A stretch of DNA of 63,208 nucleotides, filler included, from Welwitschia mirabilis (Eukaryota), in the NCBI GenBank assembly GCA_051453625.1. It is 5 parts of one record of this genome, joined end to end, with 100 filler letters (N's around TTAATTAATTAA, not from the genome) between each part and the next. Parts side by side here need not be neighbours in the genome. Positions count along the whole stretch, not along the records: positions 1 to 31,498 come from JBOZIK010000001.1; 4 more parts are not named here. One strand, written 5' to 3'. Both the position numbers and the translations under genes were made by a program. Below are positions 1 to 14,692 of this stretch, one piece after another. Every line of letters starts with the position of its first letter. Positions within the stretch are counted from its first letter, which is position 1. The notes under the pieces were generated by a model. That model was given only the letters and a program-made list of their open reading frames with translations, was not told where the DNA came from and ran no database searches.

Positions 1-2447
1 TGTTTAACCTCTTTTAAATCTTTGATGAGTTAACCTACAGTTGAATTTTCTTTAGGAGTTGACCAAGTTTGACTAACCTCCACAAGCTATCTTAATTTTG
101 TCCAGGCATCATTTAGTCTAAGGTTTATGAGGTTTCCTCCACAAAAAAATTTACAAGCTATTTCATATGTGGAATTAGCCCACTATAAAAGTAGTCTATA
201 AGTTCTGTTGGTGAAAAGCATCTACTGGATTAGAATGGTAGGCTATAAAGAAATGCTTATATGTGGAGGCATATTCTTCATTTAGTTTTTGTTGAAAATT
301 GGTTATCTCCTTTTTTCTTTTTCTTATGGTTTCTTCACTCATAAATCTCTTTACAAAGGTTTTTCGGACTTGATCCCATGTTTTTAAGCTTTTATGGAGT
401 ATAATTTTTAGCCAATTTTTCGCTCTACCCTTTAATGTCATGGGAAGGATTACCATAAATGTTCTATCAGTTATTTTTTTATTTCCATTCCTCGAGGTAA
501 GGATTAGTTGTTCAATGTCTGTAATGTGTTGAAGGGAATCCTCATCATCTTCTCCACTAAAAGTTGGGTAGGCATTTAGGATTTTAAGCTCAACATCATC
601 TCTTGATGTAGATCAAAAAGAGTTAGAATTTCTCATTTTTTATTGGCTAACAATTCTCTAAGGGTGAGGTTTGCATTAGGGGTACAAGATCTTATGACTT
701 GTTTTTGCTTACGGGAGGCACTCGACATTGTGAATTGGTCTTCTCCTTTTATAGGTTTTTCATAAAGAAAATCTGACAGGTTTGAGTGCACTTAGAGATC
801 GCATCTCCAATTCGTTTTCTATATCTACTAGTTCTTCTTTAATGTGATTTTCTATCAGCAGCCTTTCTCTCTGATATTTATTCTCAATATTGACTATATT
901 ACAACATCCTGCAAATAGAAAACAACAGAAAATAAGATAAAAAATAACATACTATCATTCTGTCTGTCATGAAGATGATAGATAGAATGACAACTAGAAA
1001 AATAGAAACAGAATCAAAACCAAAATAGAAAGCGAAAAACACAGAAAATAGGATTGTCATCGTCTTGGTTACCCGAATGTCACAGTAAATAACATAAATT
1101 AATTTACTATAGAAAAATCAAAATCCATAGATAAAACTAGGAACAAAAATTGAACACTGTCGTTCTATCTGTCATGGAGATGATAGTGGAGACGACCACA
1201 AATTTTTACAGAAAACTAAAACTGGAAACATTGAAATTAAAATATTACACATAAAAAACCTATAGCTCTTAATAAAATACGATGTGGCATAAACAAATAA
1301 CTAAACAAAAGTCTGCTATACTTACCTGAATGATGACAACCCTTGTACTTTTCAATAGCCTTCCTGGCAAAGGTACCAATTTGTTGCAGTGTGTATTTGT
1401 GCAAGTGCTTAAGTTTGGAAAGATTCTATCATTCATAAAATAAATAGATATCTTACATAATACATCACACTAATATGAGTGAGAGTAGATCCAAAATGTC
1501 ATATTTATGTTAAAGATTATGAGATGAAACTTAGATTACTTTGCAAAATGGAATATGAACTAAAAATAAATAATAATACAGGGAAATAAAAGAATGTAAT
1601 GCAAATGCAAAATACAACTAATCTAGATGAATTCAAAATGAACTAATACTACTTGATTTCAGCCTTAATAAAGGCTACCCTTGATGATCTATATCACCCA
1701 AGAAATTGTTACCAAATCAAGAGGAACATAAACTATAAGGGTCATCTGATAAACTAATATATAATAAAGGAAACAAATTTAATATTAAAAAGAGTAATAA
1801 CATTTGGGTTATAAAATAGTTGGACCTTAATGGAGGATACACAATCCTTCACCAAGGGAACATTTTTCTACAACACTTGAGATGGATGTTTCACCCTTTC
1901 ATCTCCTATCATGAAAATTTCCTATGTAATGAAGATAGGTAGGAGAATTAAAGGAGGACTTATTTATAGAAAATGCAATAGAAATTTACAAATAGAAGAT
2001 GCTCCAAAAAAAGTATTTTTTATAAATAAGAAATGAATAAAATAGTCAAGGGATGATTGTTATAGTTAGTTATAATGTCATTGTCATCCTGATTATCATC
2101 TAAACAACATAGGAGATGATAGCTCATTACAAAAGGTAACTCAAGATGATGACTTAGCAGTGACTCAGTAGTCCATATTAGCATCTAATGGTATCATTAT
2201 CCTACCTATCATGGAAATGACAGATGGGACAATGGTCTTCTTTATCATTCAAGCTAGTAAAAGCTTATCCTTTTCTATCAAAAATTTTCCTTTAAAGCCT
2301 TATGTATTAGAACGTGCTTTAAATAGATTAAATATAGGTAATAATTACATATTTTTGAGATCTTTTATTAGTTCTTCAAAAACCTTAAATGTCGTATAAA
2401 ATAGTTCATAAAACCCTATCAAATAATTCCAAATTAGCAACACAACA
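1..2447 (-). mobile_element. Ty3/gypsy (Athila/Tat-like) LTR retrotransposon, 5' part: degenerate gag, PBS and 5' LTR (1382-2447)
   Basis: ORF 196-456 reads LPMTLKGRAKNWL..SLKTWDQVRKTFVKRF..EITNFQQK, typical of retrotransposon gag. Minus-strand TGGTACCTTTGCCAGGAAG (~1360-1378) resembles the Athila PBS TGGCGCCGTTGCCGGGG and abuts a TGTTG...CAACA block (1382-2447). Confidence 0.75.
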
Positions 2448-2497
2448 CAAAGCATTAAAAAAATTTAGTTCTAAAAAAATAANNNNNNNNNNNNNNN

Positions 2498-3121
2498 AAA
2501 CAGTCAAGCCTCAATGGAGGAGACACAGCCCTCCACCAAGTGCACATCTTTCTGCAACACTCAAGATGGATCTCCTGTCCTTTGATCTCCTATCACGAGA
2601 ATGTCCAATGCAATGAAGATAAGAAGGAGAGTCGAAGGAGGGTTTATTTATAACAACTCACAACAGAAAAAGATAAAGGGTAGGTATGGCTAGGCACACT
2701 CATAAATGAAATGGATGAAACAGTCAAAGATCACTATCAGAATTAGTTACATGTCAGTGTCATCCTGACGGTTGTCTTGATGACAATGGGAATGATAGCT
2801 CATTACAAAAGATGACTCAGTAGTGATTCAGCATTCCACATCAGCAATCATCGTCCTGCCTATTATGGGGACGACGGAGGGGATGATAATCTTCTTTGAT
2901 CATTTTCTTGAAGAGAACATAGCATTTTGTCAATAATCCTTCCTTAAAGCTTTGTGCATTAGAAAGTGCCTTTAATACATCAAATTTGGATAAGAATTGC
3001 ACATTTCCGAGATTTCCTCTTGTATCTCCAAAATCCTCTAAATTACACTTAAACTTGTATAAAAGTCCTGCGAAACAACTCATAAAACCCTATCAAATAA
3101 CCATAAATTAGTAGCGCAACA
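2498..3121 (-). repeat. Second, partial copy of the same gypsy LTR family
   Basis: Aligns by eye with 1820-2447 (tggagga.acac...ctcctatca.ga...cataaaaccctatcaaataa...caaca). It starts right after a short N gap and is less AT-shifted. Confidence 0.75.
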
Positions 3122-3834
3122 GATACATTATCTATAAGAAGTGGAAAACATTATAGAATTAGGTTTGTAATATAATAGATATTATATTATTAAATGTTGA
3201 AATTAATATTTTGATTTGATCTTAGTAAAGATGGTATCATCATCATTAGATAATTGGTTCTTACTAATGTATTTATTTTTTCCATAGTTTAAACTAAATC
3301 ATCAAGTTAGTCCCCTTCCCTTCTTTCAAAGGAATATGATTTATTTGATTCATAAGCTAATAATAGGGATGATACTTTAAGGTTATTACATAATTGGAAA
3401 TTTTGAAAGGACTATCATATAAGATTGGATATGTAATTAACCCAAATTAATTATAAGTCTTACTACTTTTGAAAGTATATATAATTAAGATGTATTTTTA
3501 TGTTCTCATTTATTTATCTTACTCTTAAAATGATCAATCTCTCTAGGATATCATGTAAGATCATGGATTTATAGGTAAAAGTTTAAACTACTCTAAATTT
3601 TTATAAAATTTCAATTCACTTGAATAAATATTATTCTTATTTTCAATGTAATAGAGCGTTTAAAAAGATATTTATGAACTAATCTTCCTTATAAGATTAT
3701 TTAATAATCAACATGTTAACTATATGATTATTTAAGGATTTATGTTATCATGAATATAATTAAGTTTATAATTATGTAAAATTATAATTAATTAACAAAG
3801 TAATTTGAGTTATCCTAGGGATTTAATACCATTA

Positions 3835-4890
3835 TGTAACAACCCAACTTAAATTACTCTTATTAAGCCTTTTTTTTGGTTTTTCGTGGTAGTTTAGGAA
3901 ACGATTGAAATTAATTAGAATGCTTAGTAAGACCTAAGATCATATTCTACATATAGTTTATTAGTATAATTATATATATATTTAGCAAAAGTGGACATTA
4001 CAAATATTTCTTATGGAATTAAATATAGGTTATTTTGGTTTACAAACAATAGCGACATTATACTTTTGTGTTCTATATTTATTCCTAAATTTTTACCACA
4101 CAAAGATATCTTGTATGTCATCGATGAGATGTGAACTTGTTGTAATATATAGATGAATATAGGTTTAGGATAATTCTTAACGAATAGAAGGTTATAACTT
4201 TTGTTAATGGAATACCGACTTAGTATCTAACCTCCATTTAGAAATCTCTTGGTTCTGCTTCCAATTATAAACTATAAGAAAATATAGTTGGGCTTAACTC
4301 TATAGGCTTATATGCCACCTCGACATACCATCAAAAATATGATAAGTAATACGTGAGGTGGATTCATGATTATAAATAATTCCACTTCTATTAAGCATCT
4401 CAAGATAGTGAAACATAATCCTTTGGTATCAAGGGCTTAATATGTTAATTCAAAGTAGGTTCATACATAGGTAGGATAGGATAGTGATTATTAAATCCAC
4501 TTCTACAAGGGTTTTATATAAAAATGTACTACTGGCGATGAATTTCAAGTATGGGAATGATAATTATTATGATTATCTTTATTTATTTATCATTTAATAA
4601 ATATGCCACATAAATGTTTTCATACAATTTTAACTAATGTGCATATTTAGTTGATTGTTTACCTATGAAAAATAATTCTAACTTTATTAGATTTATTTTA
4701 TTAGAGATAATCATTCACAGAAAGAAAACCATAAACTGCATCTAACAAGTTAGAAGATAATTGTATTGGAACAATATAGTAATAACAATCAAGATCATGT
4801 AAATAGCTCTCTTTTTTTTCTTTTTTAAACTCCAGTAAAAATATGTTCAAATAAATTACAATACTACTTTAAAGTTATTTTCAAAAAAGA
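3835..4890. repeat. Degenerate Tekay/Del-like LTR fragment
   Basis: Starts TGTAACAACCC, like the usual TGTAACACCC terminus. The right boundary is not identifiable. Confidence 0.3.
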
Positions 4891-4992
4891 AATGTTGTAT
4901 GCATGAAACTATTCCTTCTAATGCATGAAACTATGCCCTTTTTAAACCCCCTTTTTTCCAAATCTAGTTGTTAAAGTTTAACATGATAATAT

Positions 4993-5548
4993 TATTACAT
5001 AGCATGGAGGCGTAGAACCTTCAGAGTGGAATTAAAAAAAACGACAAGGAATATCTTAAAATAAGGAAAATAATAGAGAGATAGCACATCAGAATTTAAT
5101 GTGGTTCGGTAATGAGCTTCCATCCACAGAAAAGGGGATTGACCTTCTTATTGTTGAAGGAAGATCCAAAATGAAGGTGATTACAATAGTATTTTGTAAT
5201 ATAATAGAAAAAATTCTAGCTTCTTGCTAGACTTCATGACCCTTACAACTCAAGCCATAATGCTTAACTTACACTGCTCTATTGTAAACGATCATGCTTT
5301 ATATAGGTTTTTCTTAAGGTAATAAATCATAGTTGTAAATTCTAAAAATTTCTAAATGACCCCTTAAACTTCATTATCATTATTTCTTTTTAGTAATTAT
5401 AACAAGAAGGAGTTACAACAAGAAGGAGGCCAAAACAAGAAAGGGCCCACATCTTTCAAGATATAAAATGTCTTTTTAAGTTATACAAGAAAAAGGGGGT
5501 TACAACAAGAAGAGGACAAATAGCCTAATTTTGGCTTACAAGCTAACA
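4993..5548 (-). repeat. 3' LTR of the copia element
   Basis: Homologous to 9552-10119 (shared tctagcttcttgctag, acaactcaagccataatgct, acaacaagaagg); adjacent to the PPT. Confidence 0.85.
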
Positions 5549-8500
5549 ATCTCCACCTTAAGACAAAATTTCCTTCTACATCTTTATCATGAAGTCCCTA
5601 ATCCTTATTTTCTTAGCAACCTTTGATAATTTTATTAGGAATTCAGACATCATATTAACTTCTCTAGTTGTAGTGGATTTGTCAACATGTACGATTTTCT
5701 AAAGTATTTACTTCTTGAAGATCAATATATCCTTTCTCAATCTATTATTGAATGAAGTGATGTTTGATGTGGATGTGCTTGGATCTCTCATCAATGCTAA
5801 ATTATTTTTTAAAAATCTAAAACTTTAATTATTGTTAAATAGTGATATCTTCACTTGACTATGTCCTAGACCTTCCATGATATTCTTTAGTCAAATGCCT
5901 TCCCTGTAAGTCATTGAAGTAATAACATATTCCACTTTCATGGTTTAAAAAACCATTATAGATTTCAAATTTGACTTTCATGAAATAGATCCTTTTACCA
6001 TTGTGAATAATTGACTAAATGTAGAATTCCTCTTATCCAGATCATTAGAAAAATCTAAATCACAGTAACCTACAGTAGTATTCTTATCCTTACTATAGTA
6101 GATACACGCACTTGAAGTTTCCTTTGAATACCTAAGAATCCACTGCAGTGCTTTCCAATTCTTCTTATCAGGATTCTTCATAAACCTATTATCAAGACAC
6201 ATAGCACTAATAATATGTGGTCTTCTCCAAATCATAGCACACATTAAATTACCAACTACACTAGAGTAAGGTACTTGAGACATGTACTCTCCTTTTCATA
6301 TATACTTAAAAATAATTAAGAGGATGATCTTAAATGCATATTAATGGGAACACTTAAAAGTTTTGCATCTTTCATCCTAAACCTTTCAAAAACCTTTTTA
6401 ATGTATCATTCTTAAGAGATACATAGCTTTTCCTTCTTTTTATTTTGAATGATGTCCATGTCAAAAATATGCTTGGCTAATCCTAAGTTCTTCACGTCAA
6501 ACTTAGATTACAAAAGTTCATTTAGCTTTCTGATTTTTGACTTGTTCTTTCCTGCAATGTGTATGTCATTCCCATATAGGACTAAACTGATGAAGCTACA
6601 ATCTTTACATTTTTTACTATAAACATAGAGATCTATAGAACTTATCTAGAAATTAGTTTTATCAAACCTTTTGTAACATTGCCTAGAACTTTGCTTCAAC
6701 CCTTATAACGATTTCTTAAACTTAAAGATAAGATTTTCTTTACCTTTTACAATATACCCTTTTAGTTGCTTTATATAGATCTTTTCTTTAAGTTCATTAT
6801 GTAATAATTTAGTTCTAACATCCATCTATTATAACTCAATATCTTCTAATGTAGCTAATATCAAAATCACTTGGATTAATGTCAACTTTACCACTAGTGT
6901 AAAAACATCAAACAAATCGACCCCCATGTTCTAGAGATAACATTTTACAACTATACTTACCTTATATCAATTAATCAACTTATATGCACATGTTTTATCC
7001 TAAAAAGCCATATGCAGTCTATGACCTTTCTTTCTTTTTGTAGTTGTACTAACTTCCAAGTCTGATTCTTTAAGAGATAACACATCTCTTGTTCCATGAT
7101 TACATGTACCAATAGATTTTAGAGCCTCTTAATAAGATATTGACTCATCCACTTCAATAATTAATGATTAAAAAAACATATTCATCTTCATATCTAATTG
7201 CTAGTACACCTTTGTTAGGTCTTTAATATCTTTAAATCTCCACTTAGATTTGAGATTAATGTAACTTAACCTATTTATTTATAAATTTCTGTTGTTCAGC
7301 ATCATATGAGTTACCTTTATCATCATTTTCATCAGTATTTCCCTTTCTACAGAAACTGTCTCTTTAGACTGTCTTGCTTTAGCTTCATCTTGATTTTTCT
7401 CTTTTAACATGGTTGTTTCATTGAAGATGATATCTCTACTAAATAAGATCTCCCTTAAAATGGGATCCCAAATCCTAAATCCTTTTATTCCTTTTATATA
7501 TCCATGAAAGATGCACTTCTTGAATTTTGGATTCAACTTACTTCTTTGAACATCTAAAACATGAAAATATGTTGGATAACCAACGCTTCTGAGATGTTTG
7601 TACCTTGCTTAAATACCACTTCACATCTCCTATGGAGTCTTACCATTAATGGTAAGTTATGTAACATGCTAGATTAACTGCTTCCATCTAGAAGCCTTTC
7701 TCCACTTAAGCAAAGTTCATTATGCTTCTGGCATGTTCTGAGATTCAGCCTTTTTGCAATGCCATTATATTCCAAAGCACCTAGAACTGTAAGGTATTTT
7801 CTACTCCTATCTGACTTATAGTATTCCTTGAAATTCTTTGAGATGTGTTCTCCATCATGATCAGTTTGAAGACACCCAATCTTATTCATAATACTTTTTA
7901 CTACTTGGGCCTTGAATTCTTTAAACTTTTGGAAACTTTAGACCTTTCTTTAAGGGAAAAGACTCATACCCTTTTTGATTTATCAGCAATGAAGGTAATA
8001 AGATAGAGTACACCTCTATTGATAAGATGAAATCTAGACATCACTATGAATCAAATTCAAAATATCTCTACTGCTAACTAAGCTAGTAGAAAACACTACC
8101 ACTACATTACTTACCATACAAACAATACTGACAGAAAGCATATTTTGTTTTCTATAGTCTTAAAATATGTTTTCTCTCTATTAACTTCTTCAAGCCTAGC
8201 TTATTGATGTGTCCAAGATGCCTATGCTATAACATTGATGTGGTTGTATCTACATCTATAGCATCAACATCACCCATGATTGTGTCTCTTCAATAACTTG
8301 TAGATATTTTCTTCCTTCTTAGCCTTCATTACCATGAGAAAATCTTTGACAACTTTGAGTGTGTCATTTTCTCTCATAAACTTGCAATTGAGTCCATCAA
8401 GGGCTCTAAAAGAGATGCTACTCCTCCTTATCTTTAATGCATGCTTCACATCTATCAATGTTCTTATAACTTCATCATGTGTCCTGATTTAATCTGTGTC

Positions 8501-9551
8501 AGCACCAATGATCCTAGCTTCATATATCCATTAGTAGTTATTTTCCATCAGTTTCTTGGATTGTATAGAACCAATATCAATGGGGTGTAATGTTTCATGA
8601 AGATCTTAAATCAAGAATTCATTTGCCCTCACTGAGTAAATCTATGGATATGAGAACATCTTCAAACTATGTATCATCAATAATGTTAATTTCATTATTA
8701 GTTGAAGCATAGGTAGATTCCTCCTAATTATTCTATTCTTCTTTTTGTCTTCTTTTCATTACATTCTTTGATAAAAATTTTCTTTTGTAACAATAGTGGC
8801 ACTTTGAATTCTTCTTATTCCCCTTTCTAAATTTAGACTTTTATTTGAAAGACTTCTTGTTTGATTCTCTCTCCATGCCCTAGCCTCTAGACAACAAGCC
8901 TTCACTAGTTGACTCAATACTAATTGTATTCATTCATTCCTCTAATAAGATAGCTATAGTTACTATCTCCATTTCTATTGTATCTTTACCATAGATCAAC
9001 ATGGTCATAAGAGTCCTATAAGAGGGTGGAAGTAACTTGAGAGGGATAAGGGTTTGATTCTCCTTCTTAATTTCTATATTAGTGCTTGACAATGATACAC
9101 AAGTTTATTTAGAGCACTTAAGTCATCCACTATGGATATGCCTTCCTTTATTTTAAATTCATAAAGTTTTAACTTTAGGTATAGCTTGTTTGATAGTAAC
9201 TTAATCGGATACAAGTTCTTTAGCTTTATCCATAGTTTTAAATAGATTATTCCTTCCCTACATTGAATAAAACCTAATCTAAAAGCCTTAACATGATATT
9301 ACTTGGTCCTTTAAATCCAAATCCCCTCAATATTTTCATCTAACATGTCAAAGTCTTCTTAGCCTTCTCCTAAAGTTACTTGTGGGATCCTTGTTAAATG
9401 AGCAAATTCTTTACCTTAGTCTACCACAACCCGAAGTTATTCTTGCCATTGAATTTCTCCGCTTTAAACTTAGCATTGAAAACCTTTAAGGCCATCCTGA
9501 TAGCATCTCATGTAACTGCTTTCTCCAAGATCTACAAGCTCTAATACCAAT

Positions 9552-10119
9552 TGTTGTAAAGCATGAAATCATAGAATCATGGAATGGGGAGAAAAATAAA
9601 TGATGAGAAATAACTTACAAAAAGATATAATACACCAGAATTTAATTTGATTCGATAATGTGCCTCTATTCATGGAAAATAAATTCGCCTTTTTATTGTT
9701 GTAGGAAGCTTCAAAATGGAGGATATTACAACAGTGCTCTATGATATGGTAGCAACAATTCTAGCTTCTTGCTAGTCTCTTTCCCTCTTATAACAACCCT
9801 CACAACTCAAGCCATAATGCTCAAGTTACACTATTATGATGTAAAATCTTATGCCTTTACATCCTTTATATAGGTTTTTTTTCTAAGGGTAAAAAACCCT
9901 AATTGTAACTTCTAGAAATTTTTAGATGACTCCTTAAACTTCCCTTCCTCTCCTTTCTTTTTAATAATTACAACAAGAAGGAGGTTACAACAATAAAGGT
10001 GTTATGACAAGAATGAATCCATAGATTTATGATGTATAACATCTTTTTAAGTTATACAAAAAAAAGGAATTACAATAAGAAAAGGACAAAAGAGCCTACT
10101 TTTAACTAACAACCTAACA
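9552..10119 (-). repeat. 5' LTR of the copia element
   Basis: TG...CA termini; adjacent to the tRNA-Met(i)-type PBS. Confidence 0.88.
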
Positions 10120-10325
10120 AATATGATTAATGAGGAAAAGTGAGAGCAACTGTAGAGATAAATAGAAACACAAGAAATAATTCTTATTTAAAATTCATGT
10201 GACTATGAAATAAATAAAGGAGACAAAAATCAAAGGAATTAGCTAAGTTGTCTAGATTGCTAAAGTGAAAACCCGCATAAATTTCTGAATGTATGTATTA
10301 AAATACAAAAAAGTAAAGAAAGGAA

Positions 10326-10328
<3 letters not shown>

Positions 10329-10376
<48 letters not shown>
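10329..10376. repeat. (TG)n microsatellite, about 24 units
   Basis: Directly visible. Confidence 0.97.
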
Positions 10377-10379
<3 letters not shown>

Positions 10380-10651
10380 ATGAAAAACATTAATCACATT
10401 ATGAGATAAAATGGCATTAAACTATACATTTTTAAATAATTAATTAGACAAACTTACCTTATGCTAAATAAAATATTCAATTTATTGGTAAATTAAAATA
10501 TACATTTTTAAAAGCATTACTTATTAATGGCATTAAAGTATGCATTTATGATGTGATCTTTACAAATTAATTTTATCAAGTTTAAATTCTTATAGATATA
10601 TCTACTAAGATCATATTTAAGTATAAAAACAATCTAAATTTTTAGAGTTGT

Positions 10652-13029
10652 TGTAATATTGCCTTATGTTAAAAGGGTTATAACTTTTAAACTACCTTGA
10701 ATTTTCAAGTTATTCAACACTCTTTGAAAGATGATTTAGTTTTGTACAATTTAGACTATACATTTATTATAAGATACTAATTATTAATTCTATAAAGTAA
10801 AAGTAACTTCGTGTTGTTTTTTATTTTTTGAATCATTTTTAAATAACTTTTAAAAATTTATTAAGTCTCATAAAAATTATTATTTTCAAAATTTAATAAT
10901 CTTAACTAAATCCTAGACTTTAAAAAAGAAAATATCATTAAAGTTTATTTAATTTTGGATAAGTTATAATATTCTTAAGTTATGTTACCATCTTTAAAAC
11001 AATTGAACTCTAGCTATAACATGAATATAAAAATCCATAAAATTTGAATAACTATATTTTAAAAATACATAAAATCACTTAATATAAGTAGTATATATAA
11101 TATACAAACTAATACAGATCAATGTTAAGTAAGGGGAAAAATAAATGCATAAAACTTATTTAAAACAAACAAATTCAATGAGCCTAGGATTGACATGAAG
11201 TACTTATCAAAAATGGAATTTGAGAATTAGATGATCCCTCCTAAGAAGAGGATGCTAATGCACATGTGATGCATAATAAAATTATAAAAAGCATTAAATA
11301 ATGTACAACAAACATACCCAAATATTAAAGTAAACCCCTAGCCACATGGCTAAAATGTTTCATTGATACCCTTACAAAACAAGCATCTAAAAAGGTCTCT
11401 CAAATATCTCCCTTATCTTGGTTTGAGCCTAATGGAAGGGATGATTTTAATAAAATAAACATTATAATAATCATAAGCAATGACGTAAGGCAATACTATA
11501 TTATACCATTAATTTTCTTAAAGGGAAAAAAATAAGAAAAAAATAACATAGCAAAAAATTAAGTAGAGGAAACCTCCTAAGAAATGTAATGATTGAAGAC
11601 TACGATTTGATGGAGATTGATGACAACTTAATAAATTCCTAAGCTCCGAAATCCTTATCTTCAGTTACCAAGCTTTAAGTCCCAAGCTAGAAGCTTTAAG
11701 CTTTACACTCAAAATCAAGAGGATGAGAAGAAAAAAGAAGAAGATGGAAGAATAAGAAGCAAATTTGATAACATGTGTTTACAAACAAATGAAACATTGG
11801 TTTTTAAGAGAGAGAAGGGCTTTATTCATAAGTGAATGATAGACCAAAAGTTTTTGATCTAGTTGGTTAAAAATCATATACATCATTTTACCAATAAGGT
11901 AATGTGATCACATTAAATTGTATAATATTAATCACATTGAATTGGATAAGATTGGTCATTGACAAGTTCATTAAGGCTTCAGTGACAAGTGTCATGGATG
12001 TATGAATGACAATAAAACATTACATTTATGACTCATATACCAACGTAGGTTACGTGATTCTCTTACTTTAATTAGTAAGGTTAATTACATGTATCATTTC
12101 CTCATGATAATTCCTTCTTAATCCTTTGTATACTCATAACCGTGTTTCATGAATTTAGAACATACATTGAATAATGTGTAATATGCATTGAAAGAATAAA
12201 TATTTTTTCATGCACAAATTTCAAAATCTGCATGTCTCACAATGAGATAATTTTTTCTAAAGAAAATAAATAATTTATAACTTGAGTAATTTTACACATA
12301 CAAAGAAGGATAAAAGTCATAGTTGAGTAAAATATATTCTTTCATCCTTCTTAGTTTATGGATAAGAGTTTATATACTTATTCACATGTTTATTGCTTTT
12401 AAAATCCATCAAATCCATTGAAATGAAACACAAAAAAGAAAATGTCATAATAGAATATAGTACACTTAATTTTTTATACTTTTTTTAACCAACTATATTA
12501 ACTATTTATTTTACCAAGTAAAATTACTTTTTATTTAACTTGGATGTGACACATGAATAAATAAGTAATACAAAGATTTCATGTTATTTATGTAAATGTT
12601 TTATTATTATTTTATACTTTTTTGTAAAATTTTCAATTTAATACTTTTACCGTGTAAATTGGATGCCTTTACAAAAATGGAATCATTTAATTTTAACATT
12701 TGAATATATTTTATTTATTAATTTTTTAATATAAATTTTCATAAAATAATCATCAAAAATATCAAATGATGAAAAATTACTAAAGATTAAGATTAATTAT
12801 TTAGACAATCATAGAAGTATCAACAATTCAAAATTAAGATAATGTATATCTTTGGCATAAAAAAATGTAAGACATCTTAGTTATAAAACTAAATATTAGT
12901 TTCCATAAAGCCTCTAATTAAAGAAGGGTTTCATGTTAAAAATTCAATATGGAAAAGTATCATATAATTAAGAGATTAACATATTTGATATTTAAGTAAT
13001 TAAAATTTTACGAAATGTGAAATATTACA
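10652..13029. repeat. Probable Tekay/Del-like solo LTR (~2.4 kb)
   Basis: TGTAATA...TATTACA termini. Its last ~300 bp recur at 14700-14996. No clean TSD found. Confidence 0.45.
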
Positions 13030-13749
13030 AAGTTACACATACAAAAAAATGTAAATAGCACTTTGCAAATTAACCCAAATAACTTTTCCATATAATTAAA
13101 CTCAATTTAAAATGTTACCACTTCTTTTCCTATTTACTAAAATTGCTGCTTCTTCTTTATTAACCTCATGATTTGTTAAGATAAACCTATAATTCTTTAA
13201 GATTCTTTGACTAATGAAGAAAACATTAAAAGCTAAAATTTAAATTTCTTGTAATGAGATAAAATTAGGAATTAATTGCTAGTCTATAAGGAAATCTCTA
13301 ACAATCCTAGATGGGAGCCTATTTACAAGGTCTTGAACATTTCATGAAAGAACTAACATGCCTAGCGGAGATAAGGCCATACTCTTGTTTGTTGAATCAT
13401 TTTCATGTTTACATTAGATATTGCTAATAGCAACAAACCTATAATTCAAAAAAGTATAAAATTTAAAATTAATTGGTGGTTGAATATTAGGCATTACCTA
13501 AATTTTTAGTGAACTTCAGTTTATCTGAACATATTGTTTTTTTTATTATGCTTAACTAAATGAAACATTAGTTTGTATCTATAATTAAACTGATAAGCTG
13601 AGTATTCAAAAAAGCATTATAATATGTCCTAAATGAAAATGATTATTCAACCTTTTCATTTTCTTTTAAAGTTAAGGAAGGGTTTATACCATTAAATTAA
13701 AAAGGATTCAATGCTCTGTTAGAGGTTGAGGAACAGAAATTAAATGTTG

Positions 13750-14450
13750 AAAGAGCAACAAATTTTTTTTGGCATGAGATTGTTATTCCTAATTAGCTTT
13801 TTTAAAATTTAGTGCTAATCATTCAAACATAATATGGTCCTTTTGACAACAATGCCATTAACATCTTCCCATATTATAATAAGTAACTTTCTAAACGTAA
13901 GTTGTGTTAGTTGCCTAAAGTTTATTCCTTTCCTTCTAGCAGCAATTTATGCTTCAAATTAATTTCCATAAAGTAATAGGTGTGAGGAATGCCATTAAGT
14001 AGTGAAAGACTTTTGATTTCATGATTGAACTAATACTAGCAATAATGTCTCACTTCACCATTTGAAAAATGAGTGGAAGATTCCCCGATTCAAGTGAGCA
14101 AGGAATTTTATGAGACTAAGATGAATTCAGAATAAAACTTGGTGTCCATTTACAGATAATAAGGATAATAGAGTGAGATAAAGAACTCTAGTATCTAAAA
14201 TAGCAGTTACCATAAATGGATTCAAAACCTTTGCTCATGGAAAGGATTTTGAAAAGTAGCAGTGTCTAAAAATCTGATGCTTTACAGTTCCAAAATTACA
14301 TTTAATTAAACTATCAAACTTGTTCAAAAAAATATAACCAAGAATTTATAAGAAATATAGCAAAAAGACGATATCTTTAATGAACTTCGAACACATCATG
14401 AAATAAACATAATGAAAGACATTTCCATCATAACCCTCATCAAATAAAAC
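13750..14450 (-). mobile_element. L1 LINE ORF1 remnant (DUF4283-like region plus zinc knuckle)
   Basis: Minus-strand translations KWTPSF...GNLPLIF (~14150-14070), FMEINLKHKL and C*WHCCQKDHIMFE* follow the plant L1 ORF1 motif order. Confidence 0.5.
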
Positions 14451-14692
14451 ATTATAAAAAAAATACTTAAACCATAACTCTTAAACAATCTTCCTTCTTT
14501 CTTCACAAATTCAGTGGCTGATGTTTCCCTCTCAAATCACAGAGGCTTTTTAGACAACCACAAAACCACTCCTTTTATAATTTTTATCAATANNNNNNNN
14601 NNNNNNNNNNNNNNNNNNNNNNNNNNNNNNNNNNNNNNNNNNNNNNNNNNNNNNNNNNNNNNNNNNNNNNNNNNNNNNNNNNNNNNNNNNNN

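Larger units (their letters stand above)
4993..10119 (-). mobile_element. Complete but degenerate Ty1/copia LTR retrotransposon (Tnt1/Tork-like), about 5.1 kb
   Basis: Two related LTRs (4993-5548, 9552-10119); 5-bp TSD AATAT at 4988-4992 and 10120-10124; PBS TGGTATTAGAGC (9538-9549); PPT at ~5549-5560. Gag (KFNGKNNFGLW ~9450), integrase (KKCIFHGY..GIKGFRIWDP), RT (VPYSSVVGNLM) and RNase H occur in copia order with many stops. Confidence 0.92.
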
